From Camelus ferus (lineage: Eukaryota), in contig NC_045696.1 of NCBI RefSeq assembly GCF_009834535.1, forward strand, positions 53,446,001 through 53,510,000: a stretch of 64,000 nt of DNA, read 5' to 3'. The translations under genes and the position numbers were made by a program. Below, one piece after another: positions 28,741 to 40,750 of the stretch. The notes beneath the pieces are model-generated. The model did not search any database and was not told the DNA's origin. It saw only the letters and a list, made by a program, of their open reading frames with translations. The stretch's first letter is position 1, and each line of letters starts with the position of its first letter.

Positions 28741-31735
28741 ATCAAGACGGTAGAGTAGGAGGACATGGAACTCACTCCCCCCCATGAACACATCAAAAAT
28801 ACATCTACATGTGAAAGAATTCTTACTGAAAACTAACTGGAAACTGGCAGAAAGACTCCTGTACAACTAAAACTGTAAGAAAGATCCACACATAATTGGG
28901 GAAGAACAGAAGAAAAACAATCAGGTCAGGACCTGTGTCCCTGAGGGGGGACTCAGAGGAAAGAAAAGGGCAAATACACAGGTGGAGACTCTCTCTGGGG
29001 AGTGAGCGGTGAGCACCACAGATTGGGTGCCCCAGTCCTGGGGTCCCATACAGGGGGACGTGAGCCCCCTTGGCTGGTTGAAGGAATGCTGGGAGTAAGA
29101 AGAGGGCTTTGGGAGCCCTCCTCTCATGAGGCGTGTGCCTGCAGTGACTTGCCCCCAAGGCAAGGCACAGAGAGCAGATTGAAGACTGCTCCAGTGGTGG
29201 CCGAGGGTCCTGCAACCCTCTTGGTGTGCCCCAGCCCAGCTCTGCTTACTCCAGTATCACCACACAGCACTGGAGCTAGGGCTGCCACAACTGGAGAGAA
29301 GACTTTGATTTGGGGACACAGAGGCTGCCCTGTGGACTCTGGGTGTTGTGGTGGCAGCCATTGTTGGCACTTACTTAAGCAGCTCATAACTCTAACAGTG
29401 GCCACTCCACCACAGCTCAACCTCCCACCCCAGCCCCTTGCCATATACACTGAGAGTCCCCACGGGCCCTCCAACCCTGTGGCATGACTCCACAACAGGG
29501 TGGTGGAGGTAGAAGCTGGGCCAGTGATCAGCTGAAAGGGACAAAGGGGACTTACACCCAAGGCTGCATCTGCGCAGAATGAGGGAAACAGTTGCTGGTT
29601 CCTGCACAGGCAGTGCATTGGAGACAATTCAGACCAAGACACATGATTAAAATGGCAAAAGTTAAAGAGAATGCTAAAGGCAGCAAGAGAAAAACAGAAT
29701 CATATACAGTGTAATCCCTATAAGGCTATCAGCTAGAAACTGGAGCTGAAAGCCTTTCCTCTAAATTCAGGAACAGGACACTGCTATATAACAAAAAGTC
29801 ATCCAGATTGGGAAGGAATAAGTAAAACTGTCATTATTTGCAGATTACATGCTATTTACAGAAAACCCCAAGTTCTTCACCCCTCCCCAAATAAAACTAT
29901 TAGAACTAATAAATGAATGCAGAATGTTGCAGGATATAAGATTAATATACAAAAATCTGTTGTTCTTCTATGCAATAATAATGAACTATCAGAAAGAGAT
30001 CTTTTTAAAAAAAAAAGCTTAAAATCACATCAAAATGAATAAAATACCTAATTTAACCAAAGAAATAAAAGAGCTATACTCTGAAAATTAGAAAACATTG
30101 AGGAAGGAAACTGAAGAAAATGGAAAGATACCTTGTGCTCTTGGATTAGAAGAATTGATGTTGTTAAAGTGGCCATATGACCCAAAGCAATCTTGAGAAA
30201 AAAGAACAGAACTGGAATTGTCACCCTCCTTGATTTCACACTATACAACAAAACTACAGTAATCAAAAAAGCATGGAAGTGGCACAGAAACAGACACATT
30301 GAACAGAACAGAATAGAGAGCCCGAAAATAAACACACACACTTGCATTCAATTAATCTACAGCAAAGGAGGCAAGAAACTATAATGGAGAAGGCAGTCTC
30401 TTCAATAAGTGGTACTGGGAAAACTGGACAGCTACATGTAAAACAATGAGATTAGAACATTTTCTCACACCACATACAAAAATAAACTTAAAATGGATTA
30501 AAGACCTAAATATATCTGAAACCACAAAACTCCTAGAAGAGAACATAGGCAGAACACACTTTGACATAAATCATTGCAATACTTTTTTTGGATCTGTTTC
30601 CTAAAGCAAAAGAAATAAAAGCAAAAATAAACAAATAGAACCTAATTAAATTTAACTGCTTTTGCACAGCAAAGGAAACCATTAACAAAATGTAAGGACA
30701 ACCTGTGGAATGTGAGGAAAATTGTGCAAACAGTATGACCAACAAGAAGTTAATATCCAAAATATATAAACAGCTCAATCAAAAAAACACCCAATCCAGA
30801 AATGGATAGAAGACATGATTTTTTTCAAAGAAGACATAAAGAGGGCCAACAGGCTCATGAAAAGATGCTCAACATGGCAAGATGCTCAACATGGCTAACT
30901 ACTAGAAAAATGCAAATCAAAACAACAATGAGCGATCACCTTACACCTGTCAGAATGGCTATCATCAAAAAGTCTATAAATAACAAATGTTGGTGAGGAT
31001 GTGGAGTAAAGGGAGCCCTTGTACACTGTTGGTGGAAATGTAAAGTGGTGCAGCCACTGTGGAAAACAATATGGAGGTTTCCTAAAAAACTAAAAATGGA
31101 ACTACCGTATATAATCCAGCAATTCCACTCCTGGGTATATATCTGGAAAAAAAATGAAAGCAGTAATTTGAAAAGATACATGCACCCAGTGTTTACAGCA
31201 GCACTATTAACAAGATATGGAACTAATCTTGTGTCCATCAACAGATGAATGCATAAGGAAGATGTGGTATATATGTATATACAATGGCATATTACTAACC
31301 ATAGAAAATAATGAAATTCTGCCATTTGCAGCAACATGGATGGTCCTACAGAATATTACGCTTAATGAAATAAGTCAGAGAAAGACAAATACTGTATATC
31401 ACTTATGGAATCTGGAAAACAGATAAATACATATAGCAAAACAAATAGACTCAGACACAAGAAACAAATTAGTGGTTACTAGTGGGGAGAGGGAAGGGGT
31501 GGGACAAGTTAGTGGGATTAAGAGATACAAACTACTATATAAACTAGATAAGCAACAAGGATCTATTATATAGCACAAGGAATTAATAGCCATTATTGTG
31601 TAATAACTTTTAATGGCATATAACCTATGAAAATATTGAATCACTATGCTGTACACCTGAGATTAATACAGTATTGTAAATCAACTATGCTGTTAATACA
31701 ATTAAGTAAATTAAATAATATGTAACAGGAAAAAA
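28741..31735 (+). mobile_element. Internally deleted LINE-1 of ~3 kb that keeps both termini
   Basis: 5' end gatcaagacggtagagtaggagg and ~0.9 kb of 5' UTR. Then only ~100 bp of ORF1 (~29630-29735), the distal part of ORF2 ([35 protein letters not shown]), the 3' UTR and an A-rich tail. Confidence 0.93.
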
Positions 31736-31875
31736 TAAAGAATTCAGAATTTTCTTCAGCTTATTCAGCTAAAACAAAGGTTGTAATTTGCAATAATCTG
31801 GTTTCATTTCAGAATGGCTACTTATTTTCGAGACATTCCTAATACAAGTCAGTGCTCCAGAAACAATGAAAACCC

Positions 31876-32990
31876 GGACACGAGGCCAAGCTGGCGGAGT
31901 AGTAGGATGCTCATAGCTCACCCTCTCCCACAGATAAACCAAGACTCATATCCACGGACCCACTCAGCCAACCAGAGCACCTGTGGAATTCTGACAGAAC
32001 ATTGTCCTCTTCAAAAGACAAAGATGCCAAAAATCTGGTAGCAGAAAGGAAAAAAAGACGAAAAGGCAAAACTGCAGGACGGGTCCCACGGGGATGGAGC
32101 GGCAAAGGAGGACTGGCGCTCGTTCGCTGGGTCTCCCCCTCTCCAACGGAGAGGCCAGAGGGACGGAGGGGGAGCCTCCGAGGCTCGAATCTGTACAGAG
32201 CAGCCCTTGACCAACAGAACTGGGTGGACTGGGCACAGAGGGTTCCTGCGACACCCAGACTGCGACCCGAGCCGGGAGCTGCGGGCAGGGCCAGGCTGCC
32301 TGAGCTGGGTGGAGGACAGGGACGGCTGCACTGAGGCAGCCCCGGGAGACCGCAGGGTGCTGCACAACGTGGATAAGTGGCTGCACAGGGCAGAACAATA
32401 TAAGCCCTGCATAAAACAGCAGGGCTGATGTGCCCTGAGGGGAAGGGTGCATACCCCCATCTCTGAAAACCCGCGGAAGGTTTTTGGTGAGGCGAGGTGG
32501 GGCTCAGACACAGCCACCATATCCTCCGCGCTTGGCACCCAGGTGGGGGCAGGGCAAAACCTGAATCCGTGCCTGGGGGCTCAGCAGCCTCAAAGGCCAG
32601 ACAGTGATTTGTTTGCAGCCCCAGTCAGATAGGATCCTTCCACCCTAGTGCCTTGCAAAGTTCGGCCACCAGGACAAACAAGGAGCTGAGTTTGAACAAG
32701 GAGCAGGGGCGGGCCTGTTCCGCGCGGTCTTCCCGGGCCTGCCTGTGGAGCTCTGACTCAGGGCAGCGCCCGTGGCCGCAAGGAGCTGCAGAGTGACCGG
32801 TGCCAGGAGAGGGCGGGTGGCCCCCCGCCTTTCTGACAGGAACACTGTGCTGGGAGGGGGCGCGATCTGCTTGCTGACAGGCACTGGGAGCAGCACAGAT
32901 GAGGGCCTCTGGAAACAGCAAGCTGAGTTCGCGAAACACAGCAAAGACGAACACTTCTCATTAAGAGGACACAGTCTCCAGGAGAACACA
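31876..32990 (+). promoter_or_regulatory. CpG-rich L1 internal promoter (5' UTR)
   Basis: Only CpG-dense kilobase in the window. It sits at the L1 5' end, where the internal Pol II promoter is known to lie. Activity not shown. Confidence 0.7.
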
Positions 32991-32999
32991 CCCCCCCCC

Positions 33000-33690
33000 C
33001 TCTTTTTTAAAATCTGTTTTTACCTGTTGTATTTTCTAGTACCTTTTTAATTTTTACTCTTTAAAATTATATATCCTCCCAGTTTTAATCCTTTTTAAAT
33101 TTTTCTTTTAAAATAGTTTTAAAAATCCACGTCATTTTTATCTCTTGGTTTTGATCTCCTGTTATTGATTATACACAGGTTTCAACTATATTTTTTCCCT
33201 CTTTTCTCCTTTTTTAAAGGTTTTTAAGAGATGTCTCAACCCGATTGCTATTCTGCTTCAACTTGCTCTTCAATTATTCATTATACACTGTTTTCAAACC
33301 TTTTTTTCTCCCCTTTTTGAAAATTATCTCTTTATCATATCTTTTTTAATCTGTTCTATATTTTTTATTTCCTTTTGAATTTCTACTTTCTAAACAATTG
33401 TATATGCTTCTAGTTTAAATTCCTTTAAAGTTTTTTCTTTTAAAGTAGTTATATTATTTTTTTAAAAATCCACTTGATTTCACTTTTATTTCTTCTGGGT
33501 TTGATCTCCTGTTATTGATTATAAATAGTTTTCAAATATCATTTTTTAATCTTTTTTTTTCTTTTTTAAGGGTTTTTAAAAAGATGTCTCAAGTCGAATG
33601 CTAGTCTGATTCAAATTGTGCTTCTATAATTGATTATACACTGCTTTCAAACCTTTTTTTCTCCCTTCTTTTAAAATTCTTTCTCACTCT
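33000..33690 (+). repeat. Diverged ~340-bp T-rich tandem duplication in the L1 5' UTR
   Basis: The anchors aaaaatccac, tttgatctcctgttattgattata, agatgtctcaa and ttatacactg...ttcaaacctttttttctccc each occur twice in the same order, ~345-360 bp apart. Confidence 0.9.
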
Positions 33691-33814
33691 CTCCGTTTTT
33701 ATTTTTTAAGTTTTATTCCTACATAGGCATCAGATAGATAAGTAAACTCCTTTAAGGACCTACAATAGATAACTGATACCCCATAAGCCACAGTGCCAGA
33801 GAGATACGAGCAAG

Positions 33815-34717
33815 ATGAAGAAGCAGAGAAACCATTCCAAATTAAAAGAACAAGAGAAATCCCCTGAAAGAACAATCAATGAAATAGACATTGATAGCCT
33901 ACTAGATCAAGATTTCAAAAAATGAGTGATCAAAGTATTGAAGGAACTAAAAGAGATAGTGTTTGTTTAGAGATATAAAATATGTCAAAAATGAAATCAA
34001 AGCTATAAAGAAGAGCCAAGTAGAATTGGTAAACTCATTGACTGAGATGAGAATGGATCTAAAGGCTGTGCAAAGCAGACTAGATAATGCAGAGGAACAA
34101 ATTAGTGACCTAGAAGACAGACAACAGAAAGCACCCAATCAGAACAACTGCAAGATAAACAAATTAAAACAAATGAAAGCAACATAAGGGACCGATGGGA
34201 TAATATAAAGCATGCCAATCTTTGCATAATAGAGGTCCCAGAAGGGGAAGAAAGATCAAAGGGGAATGAAAAGGTTTTTTGAAGAAATCATGACTGAAAA
34301 CTTCCCAAACCTAAAGAAGGAAATCAATCAGATATCCAAGTACAGGAAGTTCAAAGGGTCCCAAACAGGAAGAACCCAAACAGACTCACACCAAGACATT
34401 TCATAATCAAGATGGCCAGAGTCAAGGATAAAGAAATGATCCTAAAGGCAGCAAGAGAAGATCAAAGAGTGAGTTACAAGGGAACCCCCATAAGGCTCTC
34501 AGCTGATTTCTCTACACAAACACTACAGGCCAGAAGGGAGTGGCAAGATATATTCAAAGTCCTGAATGAAAAAAAGATGCAGCCTAGGACACTCTATCCA
34601 GCAAGGCTATCCTTTAGGATAGAAGGAAAGATAAAGAATTTCACAGACAAGCAAAAACTAAGAGTTTAGCAACACTATAAGCCCATGTTAAAAGAAATAC
34701 TGAAAGGTCTACTCTAA
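33815..34717 (+). pseudogene. L1 ORF1p, disrupted
   Basis: ATG AAG AAG CAG at 33815. Pieces DLKAVQSRLDNAEEQISDLEDR and YKGTPIRLSADFSTQTLQARREW...LYPARLSF lie in different frames, with an early TGA at ~33923 and frameshifts. Confidence 0.9.
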
Positions 34718-35079
34718 ATAGAAAAGCAGCAGGATGCTACAGAAATGAGAAACTCATAACTGGAAAGGTGATAACTCATGAATTACAAATAAAATAAACA
34801 CGAAATTGTAAAAGAAGACATCGAAATCATTAAGAGTGGGAGAGGGAAGAAAGAAAATAGAGTATTTTTTTTCTTTCTTTTTTAAATTTTTGTTTTTGGT
34901 AGGATGGGTTTGAGATATAGTAATGGGCTAACAGACTTACAGAAAAGGGTAACCACAAGCCAAAAACTTAGAAGGAAGTCACAAAAACTAAATAAAATCC
35001 ATGATAATACAAAGGAAGATTACCAAACCACAAAAGGAAGAAGAAAGGAACAAAGAGGAACTGCAAAGGTAAGTTCAAA

Positions 35080-38000
35080 ATGGCAATAAACACAAATAAA
35101 CACACATCTATCATTAATTACTGTAAATGTTAATGGACTAAATGCTCCAGTCAAAAGACATAGAGTGGCAGACTGGATAATAAAGCAAGAACCTTCAATA
35201 TGCTGCATACAAGAGACCCACTTTAGGGAGAAAGACACATATAGATTGAGAGTGAAAGGATGGAAAAGGATAGTCCATGCAAATGGAAAAGCCAAAAAAG
35301 CAGGTGTTGCAGTATTGATTTCAGACAAAATAGACTTTAAAGCAAAGGCCATAAAGGTAAGAAGGACATTTTATAATGATTAAATGAGTGACACAAGATG
35401 AGGATATTACACTCGTTAATATATATGCACCCAATATAGGAGCACCTAAGCACATAAAACAATTACTGACAGAGATAAAGGGGGATATTGATGGGAATAC
35501 AATCATAGTTGGAGATTTTAACACCACATTAACATCACTAGACAGATCTTCCAGACAGAAAATAAACAAGGCAACAGAGAAATTAAATAATACAATAGAA
35601 AAATTAGATTTGGTGGATATTTTCAGAGCATTACACCCCCACCAAAATAGGATAGACATTCTTTTCAAATGCACATGGAACACTTTCCAGGATTGATCAT
35701 GTATTTGGGCACAAAAGAAACCTCAGCAATTTTAAGAAGATTGAAATTATCTCAAGCATCTTTACTGACCACAATGCCATGAAACTGGAAATCAACAACA
35801 GAGAAACAAAGGAGAACAAAAGGTAGGCATGGCGATTAAACAATATGTTATTAAAAAACCAATGGGTCAATGAGGAAATCAAAGCTGAAATTAAAAAATA
35901 CCTTGAGACAAATGACAATGAAAGCACAACCACACAAAATTTATGGGACACAGCAAAGGCAGTGCTAAGAGGGAAGTTTATAGTGATACAGGCCTTCCTC
36001 AAAAAATAACAATCTCAAATAAACAATTTAACCCACCAGCTGAATGAACTAGAAAAAGAAGAACAAAAAACCCCAAAAGGCAGCAGAAGGAAGGAAATTA
36101 TAAAGATTAGGGAGGAAATAAATAAAATAGAGATTAAAAAGACCATAGGAAAAAAATCAATCAAACCAAAAGCTGGTTTTTTGAAAAAGTAAATAAAATC
36201 GACAAACCTCTGGCCAAACTCACAAAGAAGAAAAAAGAGACAGCAAAAATTAGCAAAATAAGAAAGGAAAATGGAGAAATTACAACAAATAAAATAGAAA
36301 TACAGAATATCATATGAGAATATTATGAAAAACTATATGGAACCAAACTGGATAACCTAGAGGAAATGGACAAGTTTCTGGAAACATACTGTCCACCAAG
36401 ACTGAATCAAGAAGAAACTGACCACTTGAACAAACTGATCACTAGAAATGAAATCAAAATAGCAATTAAAAAACCTCCCTACAAATAAAAGTCCAGGACT
36501 GGACAGCTTCACCGGGGAATTCTACCAAACATACAAAGAAGAACTCATACGACTCCTTCTCAAACTCTTCCAGACGATTGAAAAAGAGGGAATACTCCCA
36601 AGCTCATTATATGAAACCACCATCGCCCTGATACCAAAACCAGGCAAAGACATTACCGAAAAAGAGAATTATAGGCCAATATCACTGATGAACATAGACG
36701 CCAAAATCCTCACCAAAATATTAGCAAATAGAATCCAACAACACATAAAAAAGATTATACCTCATGACCAAATGGGGTTCATCCCAGGGACACAAGGGTG
36801 GTTCAGCATATGCAAATCTATCAATGTAATACATCACATCAACAAGAGAAAGGACAAAAACCACATGATCATCTCAATCAATGCAGAAAAAGCATTTGAT
36901 AAAATTCAACACCCATTTATGATAAAAACTCTTACCAAAGTGGGTATAGAGGGAACATATCTCAACATAATAAAAGCTATATATGACAAACCTACAGCCA
37001 GCATAGTACTCAACAGTGAAAAATTGAAAAGCTTCCCACTAAAACCTAGGACAAGACAAGGATGCCCACTATCACCACTCCTATTCAACGTAGTCTTGGA
37101 AGTCCTAGCCACAGCAGTCAGACAAGAGAGAAATAAAAGGGATCCAAATTGGAAAAGAAGAGATAAAAGTGTCAGTATATGCCGACGACATGTTACTATA
37201 TATAGAAAACCCTAAAAGGTCCACACAAAAAAACTACTGGAAGAATTCAGCAAGGTAGCAGGTTACTAGATTAACATTCAAAAATCGGTTGCATTTCTTT
37301 ACACCAACGATGAATCAACAGAAAAAGAAAGTAAAGAAACAATCCCCTTTAAAATAGCACCCAAAGTAATAAAATATCTGGGAATAAATCTAACCAAGGA
37401 GGTGAAAGAATTATACACAGAAAACTATAAACCATTGATGAAGGAAATTAAAGAAGACTTTAAAAAATGGAAAGATATTCCATGCTCTTGGATTGGAAGA
37501 ATCAATATTGTGAAAATGGTCATACTGCCCAAGGCAATCTACAGATTTAATGCAATCCCTATCAAATTACCCAGGACATACTTCACAGAACTAGAACAAA
37601 TCATAATAAAACTTATATGGAACCATCAAAGACCTAGAATTGCCAAACCATTACTGAAGAGAAAGAAAGAGGCTGGAGGAATAACTCTCCCAGACTTTAG
37701 ACAATACTATAGAGCTACAGTCATCAAGACAGCACGGTATTGGTACAAAAACAGACATACAGACCAATGGAACAGAATAGAGCGCCCAGAAATGAACCCA
37801 CAAACTTTTGGTCAATTCATCTTCGACAAAGGAGGCAAGAATATACAATGGAGTAAAGACAGTCTCTTCAGCAAATGGTGTTGGGAAAACTGAACAGCAG
37901 CATGTAAAACAATGAAGCTAGAACACTCCCTTACACCATACACAAAAATAAACTCAAAATGGATCAAAGACTTAAACATAAGACAAGATACAATAAACCT

Positions 38001-38866
38001 CCTAGAAGAAAATATAGGCAAAACATTATCTAACATACATCTCAAAAATGTTCTCCTAGAACAGTCTCCTCAAGCAATAGAAATAAAAGCAAGAATAAAC
38101 AAATGGGACCTAATTAAACTTACAAGCTTCTGCACAGGAAAGGAAACCATAAGTAAAACAAAAAGACAACCTACGGAACGGGAGAAAATTTTTGCAAATG
38201 AAACCGACAAAGGCTTGATCTCCAGAATATAAAAGCAGCTCATACGACTTAATAAGAAACAACCAAACAACCCAATCCAAAAATGGGCAGAAGACCTAAA
38301 CAAGCAATTCTCCAAGGAAGACATACAAATGATTAATAGGCACATGAAAAAAATGCTCAATATCACTAATTATCAGAGAAATGCAAAGCAGAACTACAAT
38401 GAGGTATCACCTCACACCAGTCAGAATGGCCATCATTCAAAAATCCACAAATGACAAATGCTGAAGAGGCTGTGGAGAAAGGGGAACCCTCCTACACTGC
38501 TGGTGGGAATGCAGTTTGGTGCAGCCACTGTGGAAAACAGTATGGAGATTCCTCAAAAGACTAGGAATAGACTTACCCTATGACCCAGGAATCCCGCTCC
38601 TGGGCATATATCCAGAAGGAACCCTACTTCAGGATGACACCTGCACCCCAATGTTCATAGCAGCACTATTTACAATAGCCAAGACATGGAGACAGCCTAA
38701 ATGTCCATCAACGGATGACTGGATAAAGAAAAGGTGGTATATTTATACAATGGAATACTACTCAGCCATAAAAATCAACAACATAACGCCATTTGCAGCA
38801 ACATGGATGCTTCTGGAGAATGTCATTCTAAGTGAAGTAAGCCAGAAAGAGAAAAATACCATATGA
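35080..38866 (+). pseudogene. L1 ORF2p (endonuclease/reverse transcriptase), disrupted
   Basis: EN motifs ICCIQETH, NIYAPN and GDFNT. RT motifs [32 protein letters not shown] and [13 protein letters not shown]-terminal [11 protein letters not shown]. Broken into many ORFs by stops and frameshifts. Confidence 0.95.
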
Positions 38867-40064
38867 GATCGCTCATATGTGGAATCTAAAAACAAAAACA
38901 AAAACAAACGAAGCATAAATACAAAACAGAAACATACTCAAAGACATATAATACAAACTTGTGGTTGCCAAGGGGGTAGAGGGTGGGAAGGGATAGACAG
39001 GATTTCAAAATTGTAGAACAGATAAACAAGATTATACTGTATAGCACAGGGAAATATACACAAGGATCTTGTGGTAGTTCAGAGAGAAAAAATTGTGACA
39101 ATGAATATATGTATGTTCATGTATAACTGAAAAATTGTGCTCTACACTGGAATTTGACACAACATTGTAAAATGATTATAAATCAATAAAAAAAGTTAAA
39201 AAATAATGAAAACCCAACACATTTCATTAGAAAATAATATCAACAATAAAACTATCAAGCAGATTGGAATTCAAAAGTGCCAAAAAGCCCAAGCCTTAAT
39301 ATGTACTTTGCCTAGACTCCCAGAATGATGACATGCCTTGAAATTGCTTAGTATTTTTATTTACCATTTACTAATTAAAATCTGAGAATTGTATCAAATG
39401 CATAATATATAATATTAGTGTTGATTACATTTATATAAATTATCATGCTTTGTAATTTTGGTCTAATTGAGAAGCTTAACTACTACAAGATCACTACACC
39501 TTTAAGAACTAAATCCAGCAATGATGAATGCCACGTCTGCAGTTTGTCATTGTACTATAGGACATCAATACCAAAATTATGTTACTTAGTAATGAGTTAA
39601 TCGTTAAAATGTAGGAATTTATATTTCAAAATCAGCCCAAAACACAATGAACATTGCAGAAGTAGGCCAAATAAATTTGAATTATAAAAATAAAAAAGAT
39701 GAATAGATTAGAGATGGAAATCATATCTAATAAATAAACCATTTAGAGAGATGTGACCACTGAAACATACTAAATGGCGATTAAAACAAGATAAATATTT
39801 ATTAAATGTGACTGATTAGGCTATGTTGGACTAAACAAATGTAATTTGATATCTTACTCATATCTCATTCTGATACAGACTTCATTAAATCTGAAGTCTT
39901 AGATTTGAAGGGATATCATATGTTCCCTTCAGTTTTTAATCTCTTTGAAATATCAGTTTGATTCTTGAGAAGGCTCTGTAAGTCACAGACTGAAGTCTCT
40001 TGATTATCAATGAGGCTGTTCTGTTTTCCAGTACTGGCTGGAGAAGACAACCTGTCACGAGGAA

Positions 40065-40165
40065 TATCGACCTCTATAAAGGCAGAGATCTTCATCATTA
40101 GAATAGATGCACCTAGAATACTGCATGGCACATGGTGAGGACTCAGTCAATAATATTTTTATCTA
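40065..40165 (+). mobile_element. LINE-2 3' end fragment
   Basis: ctctataaaggcagagatct...gcacctagaatactgcatggcacatggtgaggactcagtcaataatattt. Confidence 0.6.
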
Positions 40166-40750
40166 CGTCTGAATTACCTCTTAATTTCTTCATCTGTAAA
40201 ATGATCTAATCATACAAATTTTTCCCAAAATGTGATGTAAGTTTCAACAGTTAGATATTAAAAAGCATTATCTAAAAATATATTACATGTCTCAAATACC
40301 TTTGGGAAACAATGGGCTAAACAAAATTAATAGGATTTCTTTACTGAAGGACTCTTTAGGACTTTTATGTATAAATATGCATTGCAAATATCCAAGAGAA
40401 GAAAAGCATGTGTAACGTTTCTCAAATCTTTCTTTTTCCTACAAAGCATCTAAAAATTACAATACATAAATTACCATATTTCCCCCATCCATTGACTTAA
40501 AAAAATGGTCTCTGCTCATTGTTCAGTATTGTTCCATTCAAAAATACTAAACTTGTTCTTCCCTAACCTCCTCTGCAGCTACCTGAATTACCTAGCAAAA
40601 GAAAACTTGTTGTTCTGTTCTTAACAACATGGACAGATTAAAGCTAGGATTTGAAACAATATTTGAAGTAAATTTAATGCAAAACCTCATGAAAAGCAAT
40701 GGGCTTAATGCCCCATGCTAAGTAAACATCCCGCACCTTAGTTGTCTTAC

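Larger units (their letters stand above)
31876..39200 (+). mobile_element. Young full-length LINE-1 (~7.3 kb) with target-site duplication
   Basis: Flanked by aaacaatgaaaaccc (31861-31875) and aaataatgaaaaccc (39201-39215). CpG-rich 5' UTR, colinear ORF1 and ORF2, and AATAAA plus an A-tail at ~39185-39200. Confidence 0.98.

Noticed and set aside
22..39101. Many 60-175 aa ORFs rich in F/L/I or K/N
   Set aside because: They fall inside L1 copies and are broken ORF1/ORF2 pieces or their antisense shadows, not host genes.
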